Positions 13,514 to 25,782 of a stretch of DNA of 64,000 nucleotides are shown piece by piece. Position numbers and translations under genes: made by a program. Origin of the DNA: Antedon mediterranea. Its lineage: Eukaryota; Animalia; Echinodermata. Each line of letters begins with the position of its first letter. Positions within the stretch are counted from its first letter, which is position 1. Location: positions 4,556,201 through 4,620,200 of the forward strand of contig NC_092679.1 in NCBI RefSeq assembly GCF_964355755.1, written 5' to 3'. The notes beneath the pieces were generated by a model. The model saw nothing but the letters and a program-made list of their open reading frames with translations, did not search any database and had not been told where the DNA came from.

Positions 13514-14431
13514 ATGGGCATAACATTAACATATCCAATTTCTGCACCTCCAATACATTACGAATTATCGGAAAACTTTACGAGTTCGGGGACACGAAAA
13601 GCAGTCAGGAACAAAATGGTCACTCCGAGATTTCATAAAACCTCGATGCAAAGACTGAACGACCGTGTTTATCAGAGGGTACTTGCGGCTAGGAAGGAAA
13701 TGGTCGCACCCAAAGCCAAAATGAGGACAAACTTTGATAAATTTTGCGATTTGTACCCGCAATGGGTTCTGGCAAATTTTGCCGAATTTCTCTTAGAATT
13801 TGATCAATGCGATGAAGACAGGGATGCATTACTAACGTTCGAGGAGACGTGTAGGGCTCTAGATAAATTAGGAGATGAGACAAGCCTTCAAAAGAGGCAG
13901 CAAATCTTTGGACAGGTCGCTAACGAAAGTGAGCATGATGGAAAATTAGATTTTGAAGACTTTCTATCTTTTTGTAACACCCTATTTACCATTGCTATGC
14001 AAGATCAAAAAGCTCAATGTGATTATAGTAGTGATGAAGATAGTACTATAAGACAAGTATATAAAGACTATTACAAAACAAACAATAAACAGTCTTCCAC
14101 TTTTCCCACGGAACTCGAAAAAAATTGCGACATTAAACCATCGACTTCCAGTCACTTTAGAGCGAAGGCGTCTTTGGATATATTGCCGGCAGATCTAAAC
14201 GAGACCTCATTTACGGATCTTAACCTCGTCACGTCCACGGAATCTCTGCCATCTTCACCGTCTGATCCATGGGTACCGATGTTGCCGGTACATGGTAAAA
14301 GGAAACATAAATCGGACAGGAACACTAATAGATGTTTAGGTTCGCAGAGAACACAAGAAGGATGCAGTTGCCTGCTTGCTAGTAGCGATTCTGATGAGGA
14401 ATTAATTATTGTACATCAGGGAATAACATGA
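13514..14431 (+). CDS. Single-exon EF-hand pair protein (swiprosin/EFHD- or AIF1-like core) with low-complexity Ser/Asp-rich C-terminus, 305 aa
   Basis: Only long ORF in the window. First ATG at 13514 is in good context (gacATGg), with an in-frame stop at 13481. EF1 loop DEDRDALLTFEE, EF2 loop ESEHDGKLDFED, and the linker LDKLGDETS resembles swiprosin/AIF1 MEKLG. GC content is raised relative to flanks. AATAAA occurs downstream near 14814. Confidence 0.8.
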   Translation: MGITLTYPISAPPIHYELSENFTSSGTRKAVRNKMVTPRFHKTSMQRLNDRVYQRVLAARKEMVAPKAKMRTNFDKFCDLYPQWVLANFAEFLLEFDQCDEDRDALLTFEETCRALDKLGDETSLQKRQQIFGQVANESEHDGKLDFEDFLSFCNTLFTIAMQDQKAQCDYSSDEDSTIRQVYKDYYKTNNKQSSTFPTELEKNCDIKPSTSSHFRAKASLDILPADLNETSFTDLNLVTSTESLPSSPSDPWVPMLPVHGKRKHKSDRNTNRCLGSQRTQEGCSCLLASSDSDEELIIVHQGIT

Positions 14432-16910
14432 TAAAGATGCTACTGTATCACCTACTGTTATACCTATCTATCTATCTCAGTAAATTGTAGTTCTGGGTCA
14501 TTTACATAAATATTTCAACATTTTTAATTAATTAATTACATTGTTAAATCGATTACCTCTGTCGGTAAACATGTTAAATGGTTTTAAGCTTTGTTTAGAC
14601 TATCACATTTTATTTTTGGTGTAGGCCCCTTTCAGACAGACAGTTATGCCTGGTGGAATCCAGAGTTACCTCTCCCAAAACCTCTCCGAAGTAAGACAAC
14701 TTTTTGGAAAACTTTGTTAAGCGATCCAATATTCTGTCTAAAAGTCTCTTAGTGGCTGTGTAACATTTGTTACCATCTACAGTATGTTATCATAGCCATG
14801 ATTAAGCTTTTAAAATAAATCAGTCTAACCTTTGCATAAACGGATGGAATGTTAATATTAAAAATATACAACGTTGATCTATGCCTTTATATAATATATT
14901 TATTCTTCCCATAATAATATATGCCTATACTATACATTCCACCATTTATTAGGTTGAGTGCATATCTTGTTCAAGTTTTGGAATTATAATACAGTTGTGT
15001 ATAGACTGTTTTTAGGGATAAAAAAAACTATGAATAATATCTCATATATTCTTACATTAAAAGAAATTTGATGTACTGTAGTCGCAATGCATACAAATTC
15101 AAAATATAATTATTCAATTCTATGCCAATGTCAAGTTTACATGCTGCATTGTCAGATACTTAGTTACCCGCATCAAAAAGTGTATTTCATGCATATTATA
15201 CATGAATCTGCTACGCAAGAATATACAGAATATTAAATTTGTAAAAATTTAATATCGTGTCAGAAAATAAACAATGCTTTAACACAATAAAAAATGCAAC
15301 CCAAAAATTAATTAAACTAGAAATTTCATCAAATTTTAACTCGTAAAAGTGCTTTATGGTGACAGGTTGAATTTATTTCCTGGCAACAACAATGACGAAT
15401 TTAAATACGGACTCACAGCATTCTTCAAATCCATTACAGTCTATAAACAACTAGATATTATAATTTTGGGAACTTTATATAAAATATTTAATATTAGTCA
15501 AAGAGTTGACCCGACAGAGAATAATTACATACATATCATTGCAATAAGTTTAAGTACTTTGTAATCTTAAGAGTAGTCTAAGTCTGTTTTAACTGTTAAA
15601 AAAATATTTAAAAATTTGCAAATTATAATATTGTTTCTGTATATTTTACGGTTCAACTATTGTGTATATATATACATATAATATATTAAACATTGAATTG
15701 GAATTTTTGACCTTTAACATAATGTTTGGCTTGCAAAACAAAAAAATATTAGAAAACCAATTTGGTGCCTTGTACTCATATTATACAATGAGATATTTCA
15801 TTGCAGTATAAAAATCGCCAATATAACTCTGTTTTATACAACTTTAATATTCTAAAAAAAAATCCCTAATATAATTATATAGACTACCCAATTTCAAGAA
15901 TCAATACAATATCCAATTTAATACATAGGTTTTCTTTTTCATCATAGTAAAATATTGACAATTTAAGTACATTTTGTGGGAAAAACATATACTATATAAC
16001 GTGTACTGTAAATACTATGCTTTAATTAAAATTTGCCTATCAATACATTAATTAAAAGTTATTAATTAACTGTTTATAAATAATTGTATGTTGGAATATA
16101 TAGAACATTAATAGATTTATACTAGTAGTAATAATATGCATTAACAACCCAATCTGCAGGTTGCATCCTTATATAGAAATGTTTGAAAAGCATATAAAAA
16201 TAAAACGAAAAAAATAAAAAAATGTTGTGTATCTAACATTAAAATGATTTAGTTGTTTTTATATGTACTGTACCGATGCAGTAAACCAAAACCCTCTTCC
16301 TCTTCTTCTATGGCCAAATTTTATGCAAAATGTCACATGCAGGTATAGATCAACCCAATATCGGTGCTCTGATTTAAGTACACCTACTAAGCACGATTCC
16401 GTGTTCAAGGGAGTGAAGTTAAACCAGAGTGCAATCTTTAATTGTTATTTAAATATGTTTATTTTGTTAGTGTATTAAAAGATTTTTAACTATAATAGAA
16501 AATCCTTAATAATTCAAATCAGTATTACATCTGACATGAAAATTATTTTATTTTATAGTGCTTCCATTATTTAGTTTTAGCAACATGTGACAAAATTGAA
16601 TATAATATGTTAAATATACACAGCTGTATTAAATGAAATGTTTGATTGATTTTTGTTGAATCTGCTAATTTTGAATTCAAGAAATTTACATTATTTTTAG
16701 TTCACTTTTTAAACTAAACATTTTATTACAGAAAAACAATTTTATTTGTTGTTTAAATGCACATTTTTTGATTATACATTTTGAAATGCAATTTTTGTAA
16801 CTGACTTTTAGATGATGTAAAACACTGTCATTACTTATTTGTGAAAAATGCCAAAAATACAAACAAATTGAAAATTAAAATGTAATCACATACAAACATT
16901 GATTTTAATC

Positions 16911-17051
16911 TTGGTTTCCGCTAGAGACACAACACAATGTAAGTTATTTCACCAATCACTTAAGCATTAAATTATTTAAACGGTTGCTTATCATTGGTCA
17001 ACATGATTGCATTGCGTTTATGTCCTTGCGTTACGTCCTAGTGGGAACCAA
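16911..17051. mobile_element. Short TIR element (MITE), second family
   Basis: Imperfect TIR ttggtttccgctag / ctagtgggaaccaa. Confidence 0.55.
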
Positions 17052-17779
17052 ACTTTAATCAACTTCAAGCTAAAATTGAATAAAGTTTGAAAAAAGAAAA
17101 ACTAAACATTTTTGGTGAGCCGACAATAGAAAATACATTATTTTAAAACACTTTTATATAATTTATTCATATTTTTTTTTTTCAAATTTAAGGGGTGACA
17201 GTGTATTTCAACTTGTTTGTATTTATTAATTTAAGTAGTTATTCAATAGATTTATATTTTCTTTTCTTTTTCAAACTGTATACAGTATGGAGTTTCTTTC
17301 TACATAGCAATTACTATTAACAGAAATGTTGTAAATATGAAAATATCATATAATACCATATAAAACAATTCAGTGATACATACAATTTTGTAAGCAGTGA
17401 TTTTGTAAATATGTTTTTTGATTTATGCGGCAAGCTGGCAAAGACGAATGCACGCTAGAAGAATAACACAGGTTGTTTTACATTCTCAAAGGTTGGCGCT
17501 GAGACAATCATGGACAGCGTATGTTTTAGAATGATTAGAAATACTATTGAAAAGGCCGGCTGACATGAACATCATGTTGTCTTGTTTGTCTAATATTAGT
17601 AAAATAATATTGAAAAAATAGACGTTGACTTAATGGCCATTTAAGAATTCATCCATGAAAGTTCTTCTATTGAAATCAGTTCTTGAAATTTACATACCTG
17701 TACTGCTCTTGGTCAGTTTAGTTTTTCAATTTCATTTTATTTAAAAAAATGAATAATGATTCAAGTCAAAAGATAATTG

Positions 17780-18755
17780 GCAAAAAGAACAAGAGAATGC
17801 TAAATCATTTTTTTAAATTTACATAAAATGAAATTGGTTTTGGCCGGTCTAGTCTTCTAATTTCATGATTTTGTGTTTTGGAATTTGTAAAATAAATCTT
17901 AAAAATAAAAAAGAAAATTGAAAACAAGAGAAGACTCAATCAGTTTTTGAAATATACATGAAAAGAAATTCCTTTACATTGGTCTAGTCTTCTTTTAATT
18001 TCATGTCTGTGTATTGGACAAACTAAACAATGAATTGAAATTTGTAAAAAATAATAAAAAAACAAAAAAAAGAAGAAAAAGGAAGGCTAAATCAATTTTT
18101 GGAATACATAAAAACATAAATTCCTTTCGATTGGTCTAGGCTTCTTTTAATTTCATGTCTGTGTATTGAACAAACTGAATAATCAATTAAAATTTCTTAA
18201 GAAATTTAAAAAAAATAAAAAGAGCTAATATAAAACAGAATACTAAATCATTTTTTGAAATAGACATAAAAACATAAATTGCTTTTTGTTTGTCTAGTCT
18301 TCTTTTAATTTCATGTACGGTATGTATTTTGGAAAAAAATTGAACAAATTGAAATTTATAAAGAAATTTAGAAAAAAAAAAGGTACCGTAATATAAAACA
18401 AGAAGGGTCAGTTTTTAAAAAATACATAAAAAAATTTGCTTTTTGTTTGTCTAGTCTTCTTCTTGGACAAACAGAATAATCAATTGAAATTTGTAAAGAA
18501 ATTTTTAAAAAATAAAAAAAGGTAATATAAAACAAGAAGACTAAATCAGTTTTTTATATATACATGAAACCTAAATTACTTTCGCTTGGTGTAGCCTTTC
18601 TTCTAATTTCATGTACTGTATGTTTTCTTTCTAAAGAAATTTAAACAATAAAAAAGCTAATATAAAACAGGAAGGCTAAATCAGTTTTTAAAATATACAT
18701 GAAAAAATAGATTGCTTTCCATTAGTCTAGTCTTTTTTCTAACTTCATGATTGTG
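17780..18755. repeat. Degenerate satellite, about 137-158-bp unit, about 7 copies, each with an internal inverted repeat
   Basis: ctagtcttc..taatttcatg recurs near 17849, 17985, 18136, 18294, 18451, 18591 and 18728. aagaagacta pairs with tagtcttctt. Confidence 0.8.
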
Positions 18756-20671
18756 AAAAAAACTTAATAAAATAAAAAAATGTTTAAACCAAAAATAAGA
18801 CAATAAAGATACAGCTAGATAAAAAGTTGTACCTTGACATAAAATATATTGCATAATAATCCACACTGCACAATGAAATTGAAAACTGAAATTATGTTTT
18901 ATTGGATCTAATTTGTAGAGATATCCAACATTGGATCTTGCTTCATCATATACTTTGCAAGTTCATATTTCAGAATGTTCAAATTTGGTAAGATATGAAA
19001 GCTAGGAGCTCTGTGATTGGTTGATTGCCTTTACTGTGGCTAAGCATAGTCCGCTTCAGTAGAAGGGTGCTGCAACTAGAAAATTCTTGGATCATAAGTA
19101 TGATTAGATCTATATAGCAATGAAACGTTTTCTAAGTTCAATCTCTCTTTATTTCTTTAAATTGCTTGGCTGCAACTGCAATACAGTGTGACATATGTAT
19201 CACATGTGCACCTGTATTATGGTAGGGGTTGCTTAATGGCCTATGTTACAGTAATCACATGTTGCACATATGTTACCCTGTAATCTAGAATTTGTCTATG
19301 ATACTGTTCAAATTATAGATACATTACCAAGAATCGACTTTATGATAAATCTTTGAACATAATCAATTGTAAAAATTTTATAAATGAGGAGATTGACTGA
19401 CTAAAATTGATCACAACTTTGATCGCAAGTTGAGACAATCTTCTTTACAATAATTTCAATGCGTAATTGATTTATATCTTTTTAAAAGAGAATTTAACAC
19501 AATTACCAAGAATAATAGTGTTATTAATAATATAAATTGTTATGATACATTAGAAACGATAAAATGCTTTATTCAATGAATTTCAATTTGGTACGTCATA
19601 AAGTTGAGAAAGGTTATAATATGTGGTTGATGGGTACAAAGAATATGACATTTCATTTAAGTTATTAGTTAAGTTAAGATAAACAAGAAATATTTCTTAC
19701 AAAAAACGCTGCTCGCTTATTGAAAAATATGTTTTATTTCAAATGTTTTTGAATGTGTCATTTTATTGTCACATAATAGTTATTTTACCTGAAAAAAATG
19801 TAATTTAAAGCAACAAATACTTAAATGTTCTGTCAGACAATGGTTTTTGGGTTTCTTTTCTCTTTTTATATGTGAATAAATATTATTTTTTTGTTACAGA
19901 AGTGAATACTCAATTTCTGTCATATCCTAATAGACTCTTTTCCCAGACGTTTTTTGAGTCTATTGTAGCAGCTGGAATCAATAAATTATAGTGGAGTTTC
20001 CATTTTCGCAAAACTGTCGTCCTTAGAACTATAACTGCTGCTTGCTTTAGCTTCTGATTGAGTAGTCCTAATGAGACGTAGCGGGCTAGAGCAGCAGCGT
20101 GAAAAACAAATTGAACCTGATTAAGAGTAAGACTGACATAACTACTCTAGATGAAAATATTCTGTGATTACAATTTATTTACATTTTACAAATGATTATA
20201 TAAAATAAGAATAATCCTCGCAGGATTCATATTAACTCTTTTTAAAAAACAAAAACTCATTACTTAAACTTTACATCAATAAGTTCAAATGCGATGTAAA
20301 ATCCTTACTCAAAATCTATCAAATTCAGCTTCTTTATGGATCTTTATAACATACAAAGCAATTATTTTCATAATAAAAAAATGGCAATTATTTGAAATTA
20401 TGCATGCATTATCATATCATAAAATGTATATTAACAAGAATACTGTAGCTAATGTCAGGCTGTCAGAAACATCAATTTAAAGTGTCCACTCTTTGCAAAC
20501 CTAATTATCCATTTATGCAAGAAATTTCACAAATTATTCATTTCTGTGCAATTCTCAAAATATATGCGATAACCAAATTTTATTTCATGATTTATGGTGT
20601 TTTTTCTTCAAATATTTATTTTTAAACAGTGAAAGCACCTTTAGCAAAGGTGTAAGGGGAAGAAAGGGCTT

Positions 20672-20755
20672 AAGCTCTGTCTATACTATCAAACTTTCTG
20701 TGGGCATATCACTACCGTATTACTATCGTATTGGGGCATATCACACCGTTTTGAC
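20672..20755. mobile_element. PIF/Harbinger-type MITE (family A), truncated, reverse orientation
   Basis: tta|agctctgtctatactatcaaact followed by gggcatatcactacc, the reverse complement of the family core. Confidence 0.7.
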
Positions 20756-21204
20756 AGCGTTTAAGACTCGCGTTTGGCTATATTGCTTTCATTCTCGTTC
20801 TGACACTACCCCTACATTTACATACATACATTACAGAACCATATAGAGTTACTTCATCATTGATTCGCACAGTATTCCTTTTTCGGTCCATTAGGCCTGC
20901 CGAACCGAAATCAAATTTGGTGTGAATATGACTTCACAAATATATGCTACACTGACGCTATATTTCATTTACCGGAAAATTGCCAGAATCAAGTAAATGC
21001 TGTTATATAGTTGAATAGTGGCATATGTGAAGTTGAATAATACGCTAATAGTTACATAACATTGAAATTGTCACAAGTGACTTTAGCTTAAAAATGGCAC
21101 CACTGGAATAAAAGTGATATGTCAAACTAATTGTCATTCACAAAGTACCGATATATTTTTGTGAGAAAATGCAAAGTCTTGTGAAAGGAAGTGTTAGTTA
21201 TTTT

Positions 21205-21497
21205 AGGGACAATTCTTAGGAAGTGATTGTGACTCTTTATTTGGGAAAAGTTTTAAGGGATTGTCACTTATATGGGACAATTCTTGATCAAGGATTTTCA
21301 CTTATATGGAACAATTCTTATGAGAGGATTGTCACTTATATGGGACAATTCTTGCTCAAGGATTGTCACTTATTTGGGACAATTCTTGATCAAGAATTGG
21401 CACTTATATGGGACAATTCTTAAGGAATTGTCACTTATTTCTGTTAAGGATATTGAAAAAATTGTTACTTATTGTGCCTAAATATTAAAGAATTGTC
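21205..21497. repeat. Minisatellite, about 33-bp unit ggattgtcacttatatgggacaattcttgatcaa
   Basis: Direct tandem periodicity. Confidence 0.9.
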
Positions 21498-22339
21498 AGA
21501 ATGATTTCCAACATAATATACAGTAATGTAATTGCATATTTAAGTAGATATTACCATTTTACAGAAAAACTTGGAATTTTGATTTTTTTTATTTAATTAT
21601 ATATTTGACAAATAATCATATAACTGTTTTTTTCTCTTGCTTCTTGTGATATTGTAGTTTTTAAAAACGTTTTCATAATTTTCCATTTTTATTGTTTATA
21701 TTTGTAATTTGTAAGTGGTAACTGGACTTCAAGGAAGAACAATGTACAAATATTGAATGAATATCCAGAATAAAGAAAGATTTCTATCTATCTAATCAAT
21801 AATATAAATCCAAGATACAGGGAGTGTAAATTACTGAAAACAACACTGCTGTTTACTGACATCATGATTATTTTAATGCATAAGTACTAAATCAAAATGG
21901 CAAAAAAAAAATCATTTAGAAATCCATATTGATAAAAGAAAAAGAATACGATACAAATACAATGACAGAAATACATCATGAAACCAATAAAAATTAATTT
22001 AACATACAGGATTTAACGGAACACTTTAAAAGGGATGTAATTCACATCAAAGAAATTTACATCTTTATGACGATTTTACAAAAGCTGAAAAAACGTTTTT
22101 TCTCTTCTTGTATGCGAATAAATGGAAATACCAGAAACAAAATTGTAATGCACATATCATATAGTAACATCATGCTTTGCAAGTAAAGCAAAGATTGGTT
22201 GAAATTAAGACTGAAATAGAAACATGGCAGCAGTGTATCATTAATATAACGTGAAACAAACTATCGTATTGAAATTGTGATATTTCATTACATACAATAC
22301 ATATTTAATTTAATTATTTCCCAAACTCACACAGGATGG

Positions 22340-22618
22340 TAAAGGTTTGTGGCGCAGTGTGTTGGACGTTGGACTACTGATCATGAGATCGTGGTTCAAA
22401 TCCGACTCTGCCGCATTGCTTGTATCCATAGGCAAGATACTTTGCTTACGTTTGCCTCTCTCTACCCAGGTGTATAAATGGGTACCCGGTTGATCAAGGC
22501 ACAATTTTGCGTCGATTACGTGTTTGATGCAAAAAATGACTGGGGTAATAATGTTCAGTGCTTAGAGGTTTCACAACATTAGGCGCTATATAAAATCCAA
22601 GATATTATTATTATTATC
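22340..22618 (+). mobile_element. tRNA-derived SINE with CORE-like centre and L2-type tail
   Basis: A-box-like tggcgcagtgtgttgg, B box ggttcaaatcc, central ggcaagatacttt...cccaggtgtataaatgggtacc, tail ggcgctatataaaatcc followed by (tta)n. Confidence 0.8.
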
Positions 22619-23082
22619 ATTACAAAGGTAATTGATTCCATTTAATTAATATTTGGTAATAACATTTTTTGTTTTTTTTATTTAATGTAGTTTTTTGGTT
22701 TAAGAAGTATAATTTAATTTAACTTTATAAATTATAAAGTTTGCAACAGGGAAACAATTTCAAAGATAAGGCTAATGTGCAATTATTATTTACATAATTT
22801 ACAATTGCATATTACAATCAATAGTGGTATAATGTTCCAGAATTAATTGCTATGTTACGATAATTAATTAGATTTTGTTTAATATGCAAAAGCACATACC
22901 TACACACCAGTTAAAAATTAACTTCTATTACCTTTACTAAAAATAGACCTAATAAATGCCTGCAGAGACATTTAATAATTAACACCAGAGTCTGTGGTTC
23001 AAATCCTGTATGAGTCATCATTTGTTTTTCAGTTCCCCAAACCACACCACACATTAGTGTAAATGTTTTAAAGATATATTGT

Positions 23083-23315
23083 AGTTGGATAGCCGAGTGG
23101 TTAGGACACTTGACTGTCATACAGAGAGACTCTGGTTCAATTCCCGACAACTCCCAGTCCAATCAGCTGTAAATGAGTACAGTTGAAAATACTAGGGAGA
23201 AAAAAGGCAGCGTGAAAAGGAACTGGCCACCCCACTACATTTATGCCGAAGCTTAGTACAATGAGCTCCTAACAGCTTATTCCCCTACGTTCAGAATGAA
23301 CACGGGACTCACCTG
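23083..23315 (+). mobile_element. tRNA-derived SINE, different body
   Basis: A box tagccgagtggttagg, B box ggttcaattccc, body cagctgtaaatgagtac...aaggcagcg..aggaactggccaccc. Confidence 0.7.
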
Positions 23316-23994
23316 TCCTCCAAAAACATAAAAATTAATAAAATCAGATTTTGAGTAAGCCATTTGCAGTTTTAACTAAAGTTAATCTTTCTGTTTTCAC
23401 TTTATAAAAAAAACCAACAAAAACGATTAAATTCAACAAAAAATACAGGTAGCTGGCAGCCAATTTGACTATTTTTTGGCTTTGAATTACATTTTTACAA
23501 TTGTTTTCAATCAAATTTTTGGTGAAATAAATTTAACCATTATGAAACTTCAAAATGGCATATTCCACAACATATTTAAAAATATTCTGTTTTGAGATTT
23601 TCACCAATCCATGTTATATTGTGTTTGCTTTTGGCAAGCTTGTTAAATGAATAAAATACAACTTCAAATTAATTATAGACTAAAATGAATTCATTTCCAT
23701 ACAAATGAGTTCCTACTGATTATGTTAATAGTTTTATTCATTATTAATTGGACAACCCACGCAATAATAAAAATACTTTAAACATATTTTAGTTTGAATC
23801 ATAAGTGCTGCTTTAAATACTAATTTCATAGAAATATGAACAATTGCAACTAGACGTAGCATATGGACGGAATTAAATAAAAAAAAAAAAAGTTTTTTAA
23901 TAATTACTTTAACAGCACTCACGCTAATGTGGTTACGGCTGGTTCCCCTCTTTTTTGGAGAAGATACTAAAAAAAAACTTCTCACCAAATATTT

Positions 23995-24285
23995 GTGACT
24001 TATGAAAGGATTGTGACTTGTTTGGGACAATTCTTGATAAAGGATTGTCACTATGGGACAATTCTTAATCAAGGATTGTCACTTAAATGGGACAATTCTT
24101 AATCAAGGATTGGCACTTATATGGGACAATTCTTGATAAAGGATTGTCACTTATATGGGACAATTCTTATCAAGGATAATCACTAATTTGGGACAATTCT
24201 TGATAAAGGATTGTCACTCACATGGGACAATTCTTGAAAGAATTGTCACTTACATGGGACAATAATTATAAAAGGATTGCCCCTC
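23995..24285. repeat. Second array of the same 33-bp minisatellite
   Basis: Same unit and orientation as 21205-21497. Confidence 0.9.
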
Positions 24286-25469
24286 ATTTTGGAAGAGTAA
24301 AAGTAAGTATGGTTTGTAAATATACAAAAAAAATGTAACGCTACAAATAAATGTGAAAAATGTTTGATAGAGCAATATTATTATTTCCTGGTTGAACATA
24401 CATGACTATAAATAAAGTGTTGGTGATTTTAACTTTTTCAATTTATGGGAGTTTATCATTCAATTCAAGCCATTTGTCATTTAATTTCGGTTAATAACTA
24501 TTTGTAATTTTTATTAAGTTGAAAAAATGTTTAACACATTCATTGATCTTAAAGTGGAGCTACACTCAGACTTTCTCAGCTTATATTATGTTTAAGTATG
24601 TTTAATTGAAAGTGATTACATAAAAAAAACAGGGAAAACACGGAAATATTTTTCAAAAACCCATTTCTAAAAAATCGGTCAGAAAATAGTGTTTTTTAAT
24701 ACATTACACTTTTTCAGTAACTTAGGGGTTATTAGTTTACAATACGTCGCGAAACGTGTTACACTTAGCTACTGACGCGTTTTAGTCGCTGGTGAACGCA
24801 TCGGTGAAATGTCTCCACTTTGGTAAATTATGTGTCGAAAAATGGGGAATAAATTTTATACACACAATTAATACGATTTGTTTAGGCCTAAGTAATATTT
24901 CCGATAAAAATGTCAGTATAATTTATATGTATAACCTCATGATTTGCAATGTACAACAACAGCATAATAATCTTATCAGATTGCTTATTAACTTTAAGCT
25001 AGGCCTACTGTAGGCCTAGCTAGCCTTGAATTTTTGTCTTGTCTATTTACATATTGTTTTTATTATTAGTGTTAATTTCACATTTATCTATTCATAAAAA
25101 AATACAGTCATTATGTAGAAAATTTACATTCATTTTTTATAGATATTAATTTATACATTAAATATCCATAGTATAAGAAAGAAACTTGTACAGTATAAAT
25201 ATTTAAATATTGGCTATTTGCCACTTAACTACTTTATTGGCCATTTTTTGCCATTTTTTTTTGCAGTTCTAAATTTTAGCAATCTATACAAACCTTTTGT
25301 TTTTGATTTTAAAATTTGGTTTTCTTGTTTATGTCATTATAATTCACAACATACAGATAAAACATTCATGTATTAGCAAGTGTGTAAAAAGAACTTGACA
25401 ATTTGCCATTTGATATTAAATATTTCATGTCATATGTAAGTACATTATGAATTTTGTTATTACATATTT

Positions 25470-25782
25470 CAATATCAGGTATTAAATGCAAAAGTAGTAC
25501 ATTTAATATTTATGCTACAATATTGAATACCAATCCAGACACAAGCCCATACTGCCTTAATGTAAACTACTGTATAAGCCAATGAATGCTAAAGCAGTAC
25601 ATTCAATATTTAATACGTTGCAATATTGAACACCATACTGATCCAGGCACAAGCCCATACTGGCATATAAACTAGTGTATAAGCCCATGAATGCTGAAGC
25701 AGTGCATTCAATATTTACGCTGCAATTTTGAACACCATACTGATCCAGGCACAAGCCTATACTGGCATATAAACTAGTGTAT
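25470..25782. repeat. Tandem repeat, about 105-bp unit, 3 copies
   Basis: atccag.cacaagcc.atactg recurs near 25533, 25641 and 25743. Confidence 0.85.

Noticed and set aside
23083-23155. tRNA-like sequences here and near 4670, 22345, 27875 and 45005 as functional tRNA genes
   Set aside because: A and B boxes are present, but acceptor and anticodon stems do not pair fully and most continue into SINE bodies.
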